Of a stretch of DNA of 64,000 nucleotides, positions 48,773 to 60,807 are shown piece by piece (the first letter of the stretch is position 1; every line of letters starts with the position of its first letter). The notes below the pieces were generated by a model. The model searched no databases, was not told the DNA's origin, and saw only the letters and a program-made list of their open reading frames with translations. A program made the position numbers and the translations under genes. Source of the DNA: Mustelus asterias (taxonomy: Eukaryota); contig NC_135816.1 in NCBI RefSeq assembly GCF_964213995.1, positions 29,326,001 through 29,390,000 of the forward strand, in the 5' to 3' direction.

Positions 48773-50005
48773 TGTGATAAACCCCAAGGAAAAAAAAATA
48801 CTTAAATTGGTGATCGGAGGTTGAAAACCTCAGTTCCCAGCTGGCCTTGGGCAGGTGCAAGGCCCGTGTTTCTGCCCGTGCATCAGCTGAAGAATGGTAC
48901 ACATCTGCAGTTTGTTGATTTTTCACATCTTCAGGCTGCGACACTCTGCAATGTGCAGTTTTTTTTAATTGCTTCAGATTGGGAACTGGCCTTGCACCTG
49001 CCCAGAAACGAAAGTTGAAATGAAAGTATGAAACTGGAGGTCAGGCAACCTGAAGAGGAATACTATTTCAGAGGTGTCCCAAGAAGCGGGACATGACAGG
49101 GTGATTATTTGAAACCAAAAAGAAGGCCCTAAATCAGGAAGATGGATAGAAAGAGGTCACACAAGCCAGTCCAAGTTGAGGAACAGCAACAGGAATCTGA
49201 AATGTGCCTCATGTAAGGAGCAGAGTAGTTGGTCTGAGTTAGAAAGCTGCGGTGAGCAGACTTGAAGCAAAGTGGACTTGAGAGGAACCAGAAGGTCCGC
49301 AAGGACAGCTGAAGGTTGGTGACTCTGCTGTGAGCATAAGGGCAAAGGTACCCTTTGGAGCGGTGGTGTTCTGCTTGGAATTGCCGAATATTTGTTCAAG
49401 TGTGCTTAGAAGGTGAAGAGAGAATGGGAAAGGGAACATCAGAAGATGAGTTTGAAGTCCTAGAGGTGGATCCTTATTAAAGGCATCCAAGTGGAAGTGA
49501 CATTTGGGAGAATATACCAAGGATGAGTCCATCAAGTGTGGAGATTGGAAGCCTTTGTGTGAGAGAGAGAGAGTTTCAGTGAGATTATTTGGTTCATGGT
49601 GTTAAGATGTCTGGGTGATTAAGAAATTCCTGGAATCCTGCTTTGGTGGCGTCTGTCACTTGTATGGAGCGTGGTGGGTCTGACCACATTTCACCTAATA
49701 ATTTACGTGTATCATATAATTCACATTAAAGTATAATTAATCTGTAGGTACCTGTAAAATTATCGTTGGGGTGAAGGATGATTGATTTGACTCATTTACT
49801 GATGTTTGTATTGAACTCTTTCCAAGATTTTATTTAGCATATAGTTTTTTCTTATTTAATATTGTTTATTCGTTGTGTTAAAAGTACACAAGCAGACTCC
49901 TGGATGTGTTTAGTAACTGCCCTCCATGAAGGTTAGGATCTATGAAGCCAGGTTTCATTGTGGGAATTGACTTGACCAGTATTAACATTAGCTGGGATTG
50001 TAACA
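48773..50005 (+). repeat. 3' LTR
   Basis: Follows the PPT; starts tgtgat and ends agctgggattgtaaca. Confidence 0.8.
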
Positions 50006-50710
50006 TGTTCTTGTCCTATAGATATAAAAGTCGATATTTAATTTGCCATTTTGATTATTTTTGTACCTGCCCACGGTATGTTAATGATGAATAAACATGG
50101 ACCCCAAAATCCTTTCACCATTCAAAAGGCACTCTGATCTATCTTTGAGTCTGAAGTAGGTGATCTCAAACTTGCTCATTTTAAAATCCACTTGCCACAA
50201 TTGTGCCCGTTCACTTAATCTATTAATATTTTTATGTAATTTTATGCTCCATCTATCCTGCTCACAATACTGCTTATCTTTGGGACATCAGAAAACTTGC
50301 ATACTAGCTCTTTACCCCATCATGTAAGTTAATAAATATAGTGAAATAGTTGAGGCCCCAACACAGACCCCTGTAGGATGCCACTAATCAAATCCTACCT
50401 GCTATCCCTACACTCCTGTCACACAGCCAATTTCCTAGCTTAGTAAATAATTTGTCTTCAATTCCATGAGCTTTAACTTGAGGTATCTATCTCTTATCAA
50501 CTGCCTCTGCAAGTCCATTATAAATCCATTAATATTCTCCTGTCCACAATTTCAGTCACATCTCTAAAACATTCAATTAGGTTTGTCAGGCATGACCCAC
50601 CCTTTACAAAACCACGCTGGCACTGTGATCAGTTGAAATTTTTCAAAATGTTCAGTTCCCTCATCCTTAATTATAGGTGTGGATAATTTCTCAACAACAA
50701 ATGTTAAGTT
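50006..50710 (-). mobile_element. Old CR1-type LINE that hosts the Gypsy insertion (continues from about 44165-44268)
   Basis: ccccttgtatt | tgttcttgtcctatagatataaa joins across the provirus; RT-region remnants follow. Confidence 0.65.
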
Positions 50711-50979
50711 TTGCTTTGCTAATCAAAACATATATATGCACACATTTATATGTTCAACAAGCAACTAGGTGAAGTTGTGTTGATATCTCATTCTATTGAA
50801 AGCAGTTTAGAAGTGTTCCAAGATGGGAATTATGACACTCTGGGCAGTCCTGCAGTTTACAGCTCTTTCTCCTCACCCCCGGTATTTTAAAGTATGGGTG
50901 CTTGTTTTATCCGCCTTGAAAGAAAAGGCTTCAGGGTTCTTTGGTTCACAGACAGCAATCAGTCAACTAAGATGGTTTA

Positions 50980-51526
50980 AGACCATAAGACCATAAGACA
51001 TAGGAGCGGAAGTAAGGCCATTCGGCCCATCGAGTCCACTCCACCATTCAATCATGGTTGATTTCAACTCCATTTACCCGCTCTCTCCCCATAGCCCTTA
51101 ATTCCTCGAGAAATCAAGAATTTATCAATTTCTGTCTTGAAGACGCTCAACGTCTCGGCCTCCACAGCCCTCTGTGGCAATGAATTCCACAGACCCACCA
51201 CTCTCTGGCTGAAGAAATTTCTCCTCATCTCTGTTCTAAAGTGACTCCCTTTTATTCTAAGGCTGTGCCCCCGCGTCCTAGTCTCCCCTGTTAATGGAAA
51301 CAACTTCCCTACGTCCATCCTATCTAAGCCGTTCATTATCTTGTAAGTTTCTATCAGATCTCCCCTCAACCTCCTAAACTCCAATGAATATAATCCCACG
51401 ATCCTCAGACGTTCATCGTATGTCAGGCCTACCATTCCTGGGATCATCCGTGTGAATCTCCGCTGGACCCGCTCCAGTGCCAGTATGTCCTTCCTGAGGT
51501 GTGGGGCCCAAAATTGCTCACAGTAT
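50980..51526 (-). mobile_element. Young CR1-type LINE 3' fragment
   Basis: Uninterrupted ORF2 C-terminus (51064-51543); (aagaccat)n tail at 50980-51000. Confidence 0.9.
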
Positions 51527-51528
51527 GT

Positions 51529-51598
51529 TGTGGTCTCTATCATTATGGCTACTCTGTCAAGTATAGTGTGGTCTCTATCATTATGGCTACTCTGTCAA
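51529..51598. repeat. Tandem duplication (32-bp exact core, period 38)
   Basis: tgtggtctctatcattatggctactctgtcaa at 51529-51560 and 51567-51598. Confidence 0.9.
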
Positions 51599-51852
51599 TC
51601 CGCGTTGTCTGCCCCTTTGTCAGTTGCCCTGTTTACCATATTTTTTTGTTTATTATAGATGTGTCCATCTCAACTATTGGCTAAAAGCAGCTCAACAGTA
51701 TAATTGAGAGATGTCAGTAATTGTATAGCAATTGTTTGTTTAGGCTTGTGAATAAACTGAACATGATAGAACTAGAAATTATGTGAATGGGCATTAATCT
51801 TGTAATTTTCTTCTTTTCCCACATATCTGTAACCATTGTGTGATGTGGTTAG

Positions 51853-51925
51853 GTCTACGAAGGTTATGGACAGACTGAGTGCACAGCTGGATGTACCTTC
51901 ACCACACCCGGAGACTGGACATCAG
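51853..51925 (+). CDS. ACSL6: ACSL6 exon 15 (73 nt; GYGQTE motif)
   Basis: ggttag| VYEGYGQTECTAGCTFTTPGDWTS(G) |gtacta. Confidence 0.96.
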
Positions 51926-52484
51926 GTACTAAATGATGCCTCTATTGCTATTTCCAGGAAATGTGCACTATATATAAAGTATGCCCCAGGTTCTGTTATA
52001 ATATGGTGTACTAGAGAGTTAATAGCAAAATGCCCTAACTCTTCAGTTCTGAACATTAGTTGCTATCCTTTGGGAAACATCAGCCAGATGATGTTTAGGG
52101 AAAAGGAAGAGCTTCTCTGGTTGACTTCAGAGCAGAATTAGCAGAGGTTTGAGAGCTACATGCTTACCTATCCTCTAACTCAGTCGAAGATTTTGGTGAC
52201 ATGGCGAGACCAAAGAAAGGCGAAATCATGAATATTACTTGTGAAGGAATTTGGATTTTATATTTGGAATTTTAAAAATTGTTAATCTCCCATAGCGTTG
52301 CACATATTGGGGAGGTAATTTTGACAGTGGACAATAATATGGAACTTTTATTAGTTTGGCCACCTAATTGAAATACAAATTGGGAGAGGTATTTAATGGC
52401 TGGACAAAGCATTATTGCATATCTTAAACTAATGGCCAATGTCAAAATTACTCCCACAATATTGAGACTGAGGCACATTTTAGA

Positions 52485-53480
52485 TCAAGTAAGGATAGAA
52501 AACAAGAAGATAGTTGCACTAAGGAAGAATTTTGCAAATGATAGGGCGGAGGGGGATGGATGAGGTGGAGGAAGAAAGGACAAGAGGAGCTGGTAAAAGG
52601 TTGAGAGAGAAGGAAAAAACAGGAAAGAAGCCAGAGGAACAAGGATGAGAATAATGGATTGAGAACATGGGAAGAGATGGAGAAAGAAATGGGGGCATGA
52701 AACTATGGGAGAAATGGAGGAGGGCTGGAGGTGGGGAAGTGAGAGGAAATGTGGGATGAGAGCAGAGGAGGAATAACGAGATAATAGTAATGATAGTTAT
52801 GGCAGGGGAGAGAAGGGTGGGGTTAAGGAGAGGGGGGAGAAGGATAAAGGAGAGATATAAGGGAAATGAAGGTTGAAAGAAGAGCTAAAAATGATGGGAA
52901 GGAAAGTGGTGAGAGAATTACAGGGAAGAGGTAAGGAGAAAAAGGAGACCGGAGGGAAGAGGAAGAAAGGCAAAGGGGTGGAATTTCCTGTACCCCATAG
53001 CATGTTTCACGGGCAGAGGAGGCTCACCATTGGCCAGCGGTGGGATTATCTGATCCCACCTCTGTCAACCAGGTTTCCCGTTCTTTGTACCCCGCCAAAA
53101 TGGAAACCTCTGGCGTGGGTTTGCCATTGGTGGGACCAGAAGATCCCACGTGTGAGAATGGCTGGGCCAAACTGTTCAGGAAATGGGGACGGGACATGAG
53201 GGAAAAGGAGAGGGGGGAGAGAAGAGGGGCATAGAGAAAGATATGAATAGGCCAAAAGAGGGAGGGTGAAATAATAATTAGGATAAAAGAATAGAGTGGA
53301 ATTGTGGTTAAAAAGAGAGATGAGAGGGGCCCAGTGAATGGAGGAGAGAGAGGAAAGCAGTGAACACAAGTGGTGGAGATGATGGAAGCGGAGGAGACTG
53401 GGGGAAGTGGAGATGGTGAAAGAGGAGGAAGGAAGCAGAAAAATTTCGGGAGATGAGAAGAGTAATGAAAGTAGATGGTG
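52485..53480 (+). repeat. Purine-rich (GA) low-complexity tract, interrupted by a Harbinger-type MITE (about 52976-53190)
   Basis: Strong A/G skew over about 1 kb; the insert starts ggggtggaatttcc. Confidence 0.75.
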
Positions 53481-53489
53481 GACAAAGTC

Positions 53490-53735
53490 AAAGAACAAAG
53501 AAAATTTACACCACAGGAACAGGTTCTTTGGCCCTCCAAGCCTGCACCGACCATGCTGCCCGACTGAACTAAAAACCCCTACTCTTCTGGGGACCATATC
53601 CCTCCATTCCCATCCTATTCATGTATTTGTCAAGATGCCCCTTAAAAGTCACTATCGTACCTGCTTCCACTACCTCCCCCGCAGTAAGTTCCAGGCACCC
53701 ACCACCCTCTGTATAAAAAAAATACTTGCCTTGTA
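53490..53735 (-). mobile_element. CR1-type LINE 3' end
   Basis: aaagaacaaagaaaatttacaccacaggaacagg terminus; reverse complement of about 46540-46725. Confidence 0.85.
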
Positions 53736-53764
53736 CATCTCAAGGAATAGAGGAAGAAAAGGAG

Positions 53765-54008
53765 GAATCACAGAATCACAGAACCCTACAGTGCAGAAAG
53801 AGGCCATTCGGCCCATCGAGTCTGCACCGACCACAATCCCACCCAGGCCCTACCCCCATATCCCTACATATTTTATCCACTAATCCCTCTAACCTACACA
53901 TCTCAGGAAACTATGGGGCAATTTTAGCATGGCCAATCAACCTAACCCGCACATCTTTGGACTGTGGGAGGAAACCGGAGCACCCGGAGGAAACCCACGC
54001 AGACACAG
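53765..54008 (-). mobile_element. V-SINE tail A, 5'-truncated
   Basis: (gaatcaca)n terminus and core ggaaaccggagcacccggaggaaacccacgc. Confidence 0.85.
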
Positions 54009-54089
54009 GGCAAAGTAGTAGTAGAGTGGAAGAGGTGAAGAGTGGAATCATGAGCATGATGGTACCAGTAACTTGGATAAATGTGGATT

Positions 54090-55500
54090 CATTAAAGAAA
54101 GTCAGCACAAATTTGTTGTGGGCAAAAAGTATTTATTCTAACTTGAGTTTTGTATGAGGTAAATGTCATACTGTTGACGTGGTGCACATGGACTTCCAAA
54201 TAGCATTTGTGCCATAGAATAGGCTTGTCAGAAAATGTAGGGCCCATGGAAGAAAATACAGTATGGAAATGAAATTGGCCGAGTGACAGGAAGCAGATAG
54301 TGGTGAATAGTTGACAGGACTGGATGAAAGTTAATAGTAGAGTTCCCTAGGAATTGGTATTGGGATCCCTGCTTTTCCTGATATGTATTGATAACCTAGA
54401 CCTTGATGTAAAGAGCACAATTTCAAAATTTGCAGATGATACAAAGCTTAAATTGTGAACCATTTGTAGAACAAAGAACATAGCTTGGTGGAATCGGCAG
54501 ATAAGTGGCAGGTGAAACTTAAAGCAGAAGTGTGAAGAGATTCATTTTGGTGGATAAACGAGAAGAGGCAACAATTCTAAATGAATGAAGGAGCAGAGAA
54601 AGGGCCCTAGGGCATATATGTGTACAAATAATTGAAGGTGGTGGGACATGTTGAGAAAGTGGTTAATGAAACAGGATCCTGAGTTTTATAAATAGGGGTC
54701 TAGAGTACAAAATCAAGAAGTTTTGATAAACCTGTGCAAAACACTAGCTCAACCTCAGTTGGGTAATTGTGACAAGTTCAGGGCATCACACTTGAAGGAT
54801 ATTGTAGAATGTTGTGGATTCCTCAAATCACTGCTGCTGAGGGCTTCCAACAAACGTAGTTTATTACTATGTTCAGCAGCTACATACAGTATTTGTGCTC
54901 TGCCCGAGATCCCAGGAATGGCTCCCACTACATGACCTACATAACCATGTCATCACGTTCTCGCATGGTGGCTCGGTCTACAGATATTAAAGCATTGGAG
55001 AGAAATGGTCCCAGAGAAATGGTCCCAGGCGGCACGGTAGCACAGTGGTTAGCACTGCTGCTTCACAGCTCCAGGGTCCCGGGTTCGATTCCCGGCTCTG
55101 GTCACTGTCTGTGTGGAGTTTGCACATTCTCCTCGTGTCTGCGTGGGTTTCCTCCGGGTGCTCCGGTTTCCTCACACAGTCCAAAGATGTGCGGGTTAGG
55201 TTGATTGGCCAGGTTAAAAATTGCCCCTTAGAATCCTAAAATACATAGGTTAGAGGGATTAGAGGGTAAATATGTGGGGGTAGGGCCTGGGTGGGATTGT
55301 AGTCAGTGCAGACTCGATGGGCCGAATGGCTTCCTTCTGCACTGTAGGGTTTCTATGATTTCTATGATTAGGAACTTCAGTTATATTGATAGGGTGGAAA
55401 GATTGAGGCTGTTCTCCTTGGCGAAGGGAAGGTTTGATAAGATTTGAAAAGGGAGAAACTGTTCCTATCTGTAGAAGAATCCACGGCCAAAAGACATCAA
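54090..55500 (+). mobile_element. Decayed CR1-type LINE RT fragment
   Basis: atggacttccaaatagcattt and tcaaaatttgcagatgatacaaag (SKFADDTK). Confidence 0.75.
55028..55368 (+). mobile_element. Young full-length V-SINE tail A
   Basis: ggcggcacggtagcacagtggttagc A-box, ggttcgattcc B-box, CpGs retained, (tttctatga)2 end. Confidence 0.9.
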
Positions 55501-55902
55501 TAAGAGAACACTGGGTGAGGGGAAGGGAAGGAGATGAGGAATTAGAAGAGAGGGAGGAGGAGGAGATGGGGAAAGACCCAGGGACAGTCAGGACAGTGAG
55601 TTTGAACTTTAGTAATTAAATTCCAATTTGTCCCTCCATTTGGTTATTCTGTCAATCACATTGGTGTCTGTCCCTTCATTGATCATTATTACGTTTACTC
55701 CATTTTGCTGTTTTATTTCCTGTTTTTAAAAACTCATGGGGGAATTATCTTTCCTCCCTTCCCATACTGCTATCACCTAACTCCTTTTCCCACTATTTTC
55801 CCCATCTCCATCATGGTCAATATTTTCCTGATTTCGCATTCAATGACCAGATTGAAAATAAAGCATTCTGGGGATCCTTTTGAACATCTTTACCTACTTT
55901 TA

Positions 55903-58808
55903 GAACATAGAACATTACAGCACAGTAGAGGCCCTTTGGCCCTCGATGTTGCGCCGACCTGTGAAACCAATCTAAAGCCCATCTAACCTACACTATTCCA
56001 ATATCATCCCTATGTTTATCCAATGACCATTTAAATGCCCTTAATGGTGGCGAGTTCATTACTGTTGCAGGCAGGGCATTCCACGCCCTTACTACTCTGA
56101 GTAAAGAACCTACCTCTGACATCTGTCCTATATCTATCACCCCTCAATTTAAAGCAATGTCCCCTCGTGCTAGCCATCACCATCTGAGGAAAAAGGCTCT
56201 CACTGTCCACCCTATCTAATCCTCTGATCATCTTGTATGCCTCCATTAAGTCACCTCTTGACCTTCTGTAACGAAAACAGCCTCCAGTCCCTCAGCCTTT
56301 CCTCGTAAGGCCTTCCCACCATACCAGGCAACATCCTGGTAAATCTCCTCTGCACCCTTTCCAATACTTCCACATCCTTCCTATAATGCGGCAACCAGAA
56401 CTGTACGCAATATGCCAAGTGCAGCCGCACCAGAGTTTTGTACAGCTGCAACATGACCTCATGGCTCCGAAACTCACTCCTTCTACCAATAAAAGCTAAC
56501 ACTTCTTAACAACCCTATCAACCTGGGTGCCAACTTTCAGGGATCTATGCACATGGACACCGAGATCTCTCTGCTCATCCACACTACCAAGTATCTTACC
56601 ATTAGCCCAGTACTCTGTATTCCTGTTACTCCTTCCAAAGTGAATCACCTCACACTCTTCCGCATTAAACTCCATTTGCCACCTCTCAGCCCAGCTCTGC
56701 AGCTTATCTATGTCCCTCTGTAACCTGCAACATCCTTCCGCACTGTCCATAACTCCACCGACTTTAGTGTCATCCGCAAATTTACTAACCCATCCTTCTA
56801 CGCCCTCATCCAGGTCATTTATAAAAATGACAAACAGCAGTGGCCCCAAAACAGATCCTTGCGGTACACCACTAGTAACTGAACTCCAGGATGAACATTT
56901 CCCATCAACCACCACCCTCTGTCTTCTTACAGCTCGCCAATTTCTGATCCAAACTGCTAAATCGCCCTCAATCCCATGCGTCCCTATTTTCTGCAATAGC
57001 TTACAAAGAACAAAGAACAAAGAACAGTACAGCACAGGAAACAGGCCCTTCGGCCCTCCAAGCCTGTGCCGCTCCTTGGTCCAACTAGACCAATCGTTTG
57101 TATCCCTCCATTCCCAGGCTGCTCATGTGACTATCCAGGTAAGTCTTAAACGATGTCAGCGTGCCTGCCTCCACCACCCTACTTGGCAGCGCATTCCAGG
57201 CCCCCACCACCCTCTGTGTAAAAAAACGTCCCTCTGATGTCTGAGTTATACTTCGCCCCTCTCAGCTTGAGCCCGTGACCCCTCGTGATCGTCACCTCCG
57301 ACCTGGGAAAAAGCTTCCCACTGTTCACCCTATCTATACCCTTCATAATCTTGTATACCTCTATCAGATCTCCCCTCATTCTCCGTCTTTCCAAGGAGAA
57401 CAACCCCAGTCTACCCAATCTCTCCTCATAGCTAAGACCCTCCATACCAGGCAACATCCTGGTAAACCTTCTCTGCACTCTCTCTAACGCCTCCACGTCC
57501 TTCTGGTAGTGCGGCGACCAGAACTGGACGCAGTACTCCAAATGCGGCCTAACCAGTGTTCTATACAGCTGCATCATCCGACTCCAGCTTTTATACTCTA
57601 TACCCCGTCCTATAAAGGCAAGCATACCATATGCCTTCTTCACCACCTTCTCCACCTGTGTTGCCACCTTCAAGGATTTGTGGACTTGCACACCTAGGTC
57701 CCTCTGTGTTTACCATGGGGAACCTTATCAAACGCTTTGCTGAAATCCATGTACACCACATCAACCGCTTTACCCTCATCCACCTCTTTGGTCACCTTCT
57801 CAAAGAACTCAATAAGGTTTGTGAGGCACGACCTCCCTTCACAAAACCGTGATGACTATCCCTAATCAAATTATTCCTTTCTAGATGATAAATCCTATTT
57901 CTTATCCTTTCCAAAACTTTGCCCACAACAGAAGTAAGGCTCACTGGTCTATAATTACCAGAGTTGTCTCTACTCCCCTTCTTGAACAAGGGGACAACAT
58001 TTGCTATCCCCCAGTCTTCTGGCACTATTCCTGTAGACAATGACGACACAAAGATCAAAGCCAAAGGTTCTGCAATCTCCTCCCTAGCCTCCCAGAGAAT
58101 CCTAGGATAAATCTCATCCAGCCCAGGGGACTTAGCAATTCTGGAAAGTGTGAAAATAGATAACACCTCCTCCTTATGAACCTCAATCCCGTCTAGTCCA
58201 ATAGCCTGTATCTCTCAGTATTCTCCTCAACACCATTGTCTTTTTCCTGTGTGAGTACTGATGATAAAATCTTCATTTAGTGCCTCTCCTATCTCTTCGG
58301 ACTCCACGCACAACTTCCCACTACTGTCCTTGACTGGCCCTAGTCTTACCCTCGTCATTCTTTTATTCCTGACATACCTATAGAAAGCTTTAGGGTTTTC
58401 CTTGATCCTACCTGCCAAAGACTTCTCATGTCCCCTCCTGGCTCTTCTTAGCTCTCTCTTTAGGTCCTTCCTGGCTAACTTGTAACTCTCAAGCGCCCTA
58501 ACTGAGCCTTCACGTTTCATCTTTACATAAGTCTCCTTCTTCCTCTTCACAAGAGATTCAACTTCTTTAGTAAACCACGGTTCCCTCGCTCAACCGCTTC
58601 CTCCCTGCCTGACGGGTACATACTTATCAGGGACACGCAGTAGCTTTTCCTTGAACAAGCTCTACATTTCAATTGTGCCCATCCCCTGCAGTTTCCTTCC
58701 CCATCCTATGTATCCTAAATCTCGCCTAATCGCATCATCATTTCCTTTCCCCCAGCTATAACTCTTGCCCTGCGGTATATACCTATCCTTTTCCATCGCT
58801 AAAGTAAA
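55903..58808 (-). mobile_element. CR1-type LINE (ORF2 and 3' UTR) with a second CR1 nested at 57005-57709
   Basis: ORFs 58227-58550, 57792-58166, 56496-57035 and 56251-56502. The insert has its own (aaagaac)n tail and a ttac direct repeat (57001-57004 / 57710-57713). Confidence 0.92.
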
Positions 58809-59008
58809 GGTTTGTTGCTACCTTTAACGACCTCTGTATCTGAATGCCATGGTCCCCCTACTCTATGTAAAAGTGTTCTTATTTTGTCTCCATGTCCTTT
58901 AGTTCTGTGCTCAGCCTATAAACCTAGTTATCATGTAACCCTGAATTAAATTACACTTTCTCCTTCTGTGATATTTGGTTATTAAGTTGCCTCATTTTCA
59001 TTCTGTAG

Positions 59009-59097
59009 GTCATGTTGGGGCTCCACTACCATGTAATTATCTCAAACTTATTGATGTAGATGAAATGAAGTACTTTTCTGCAAAAGGAGAAGGAGAG
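59009..59097 (+). CDS. ACSL6: ACSL6 exon 16 (89 nt)
   Basis: ctgtag| (G)HVGAPLPCNYLKLIDVDEMKYFSAKGEGE |gtgggt. Confidence 0.95.
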
Positions 59098-59117
59098 GTG
59101 GGTAAATGATTATCTTT

Positions 59118-60250
59118 TGATTTTATTATTGTCACATATATTAGTATACAGTGAAAAGTATTGTTTCTTATGTGCTATACAGACAAAGCATACTGTTCAT
59201 AGAGCATATAACGGAGAAGAAAATGAGAGGGTGCAGAATATAGTGTTACAGTCACAGCTAGGGTGTAGAGAAAGATCAGCTTAATATAAGAGGGGTCCAT
59301 TCAAAAGTCTGAGGGCAGCAGGGAAGAAGCTGATCGTGAGTTGGTTGGTACGTGACATCAGACTTCTTTTCCTAATGGAAAAGAGGTTCGTGGGGTCTTT
59401 GATTATGCTGGCTGCTTTTCCAAGCAGTGGGAAGTGTAGACGGTGTCAATGGATGGGAGGCTAGTTTGCGTGATGGACTGGGCTACATTCATGACCCTTT
59501 GCAGTTTCTTGCAGTCTTGGTTGGAGCAGGAGCTGCACCAAGCTGTGATACATTCAGAAAGGATGCTTTCTATGGTGCATCTGTAAAAATTGGTGAGGAT
59601 CGTAACGGACATGCCAAATTTCCTTAGCCTTCTGAGAAAATAAAGCCGTTGGTGGGGTTTCTTGACAATAGCTTCAGCGTGGAGGAGCCAGAGCAGTTTG
59701 TTAGTGATCTGGACACCTAGAAATTTGAACTTCTCGACCATTTCCAGTTCATTCCCGTTGATGTAGACAGGGGCATGTCCTCCAAGACACTTCCTGAAGT
59801 TGATGTCTATCTCCTTTGTTTTACTAACATTGAGGGACAGAATATTGTTGTCGTGCCATTTTACCAGATTCTCTCTCTTTCTTGTACTCCGACTCGTCAT
59901 TGTTTGAGATCTGACCCACTACGGTGCTATCATCAGCAAACTTGAAAATTGGGTTGGAGCGGAATTTGGCCACACAGTCATAGGTGTATAAGGAGTATAG
60001 TAAGAGGCCGAGGAGACAGCCTTGCAGAGCACCAGTGTTGAGGATAATCGTGGGGGAGATGTCATTGCCTATCCTTACTGATTGCGGTCTGTCACAGAGG
60101 AAGGAGCCAAGCCTGAGGCCATGGAGTTTGCAGATGAGTTTTGTAGGAATGATGGTGTTGAAGGCTAAGATGTAGTCAATAAATAGGAGTCTGACACAAG
60201 TATCTTTGTTATCCAGTTTTTCCAGGGTTGAGTGTAGGGCCAGGGTTATC
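59118..60250 (-). mobile_element. Rex1/Babar-type LINE, RT and 3' end
   Basis: [69 protein letters not shown] and FYRCTIESIL. Confidence 0.88.
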
Positions 60251-60807
60251 TCACTTATATTCCTACCCAATTTTAGGTATTCAATTTTCAATACCATTCA
60301 TTATTTCAATTAAATTGGCAGGTTACAAGAAGGGAAATTTTTCAGTATCAAGCAACAGTTTAGAGCTAATTCAATAGCTATTTCAAAGATTGTCATAGGC
60401 AGATAGACAGCCTTCTGTGCTTGGGCGGGCAAACTTTCTATTCCCCGCAAACTGATATGCAGGGGGCATAGGAACAATACCAGCACCACTAGGTTTATTT
60501 TATAATCTTGGTGGCCTTTAAACACTGTAAATACAATATATTTAAATACTGCATTTTAATCACCAAGTAGGCCTGGTTTTTCTAAAAGCGTACAATACTT
60601 GGCAATATTAGGCATGTGCCCTGGAAATCTATTTTTAGTGTATACCAATATGCCTGAAGCAAGCAATAAACAGTTTTTGAGGACCTTCTGCAATATAGGA
60701 TTGTCCCTGCTGCCAGTGCTGACCACACTGAGAAAAGCTAGGCCCACTTGGGGCTTGATATGAAATCTTTTAAAGGTACTGCCGCCAAAAAGATAAACCT
60801 TGCGTAT

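Larger units (their letters stand above)
44269..50005 (+). mobile_element. Decayed Gypsy (Gmr1-like) LTR retrotransposon, internally deleted
   Basis: Two diverged TG...CA LTRs; PBS tgggggctcatc at 45464; PPT aaggggaggg at 48763-48772; TSD tatt/tgtt; gag remnants FTSFENVA..W, YTSLSEEQSANYEVLK, ELIPEAH and the zinc knuckle CFHCDKMGHNKANY. Confidence 0.85.

Noticed and set aside
53024-53597. Two long minus-strand ORFs (176 and 183 aa)
   Set aside because: By-products of the pyrimidine-rich strand of a low-complexity tract, which lacks stop codons.
55028-55100. tRNA-like sequences with A and B boxes (also at the other SINE heads)
   Set aside because: They continue directly into SINE core and tail; they are SINE heads, not tRNA genes.
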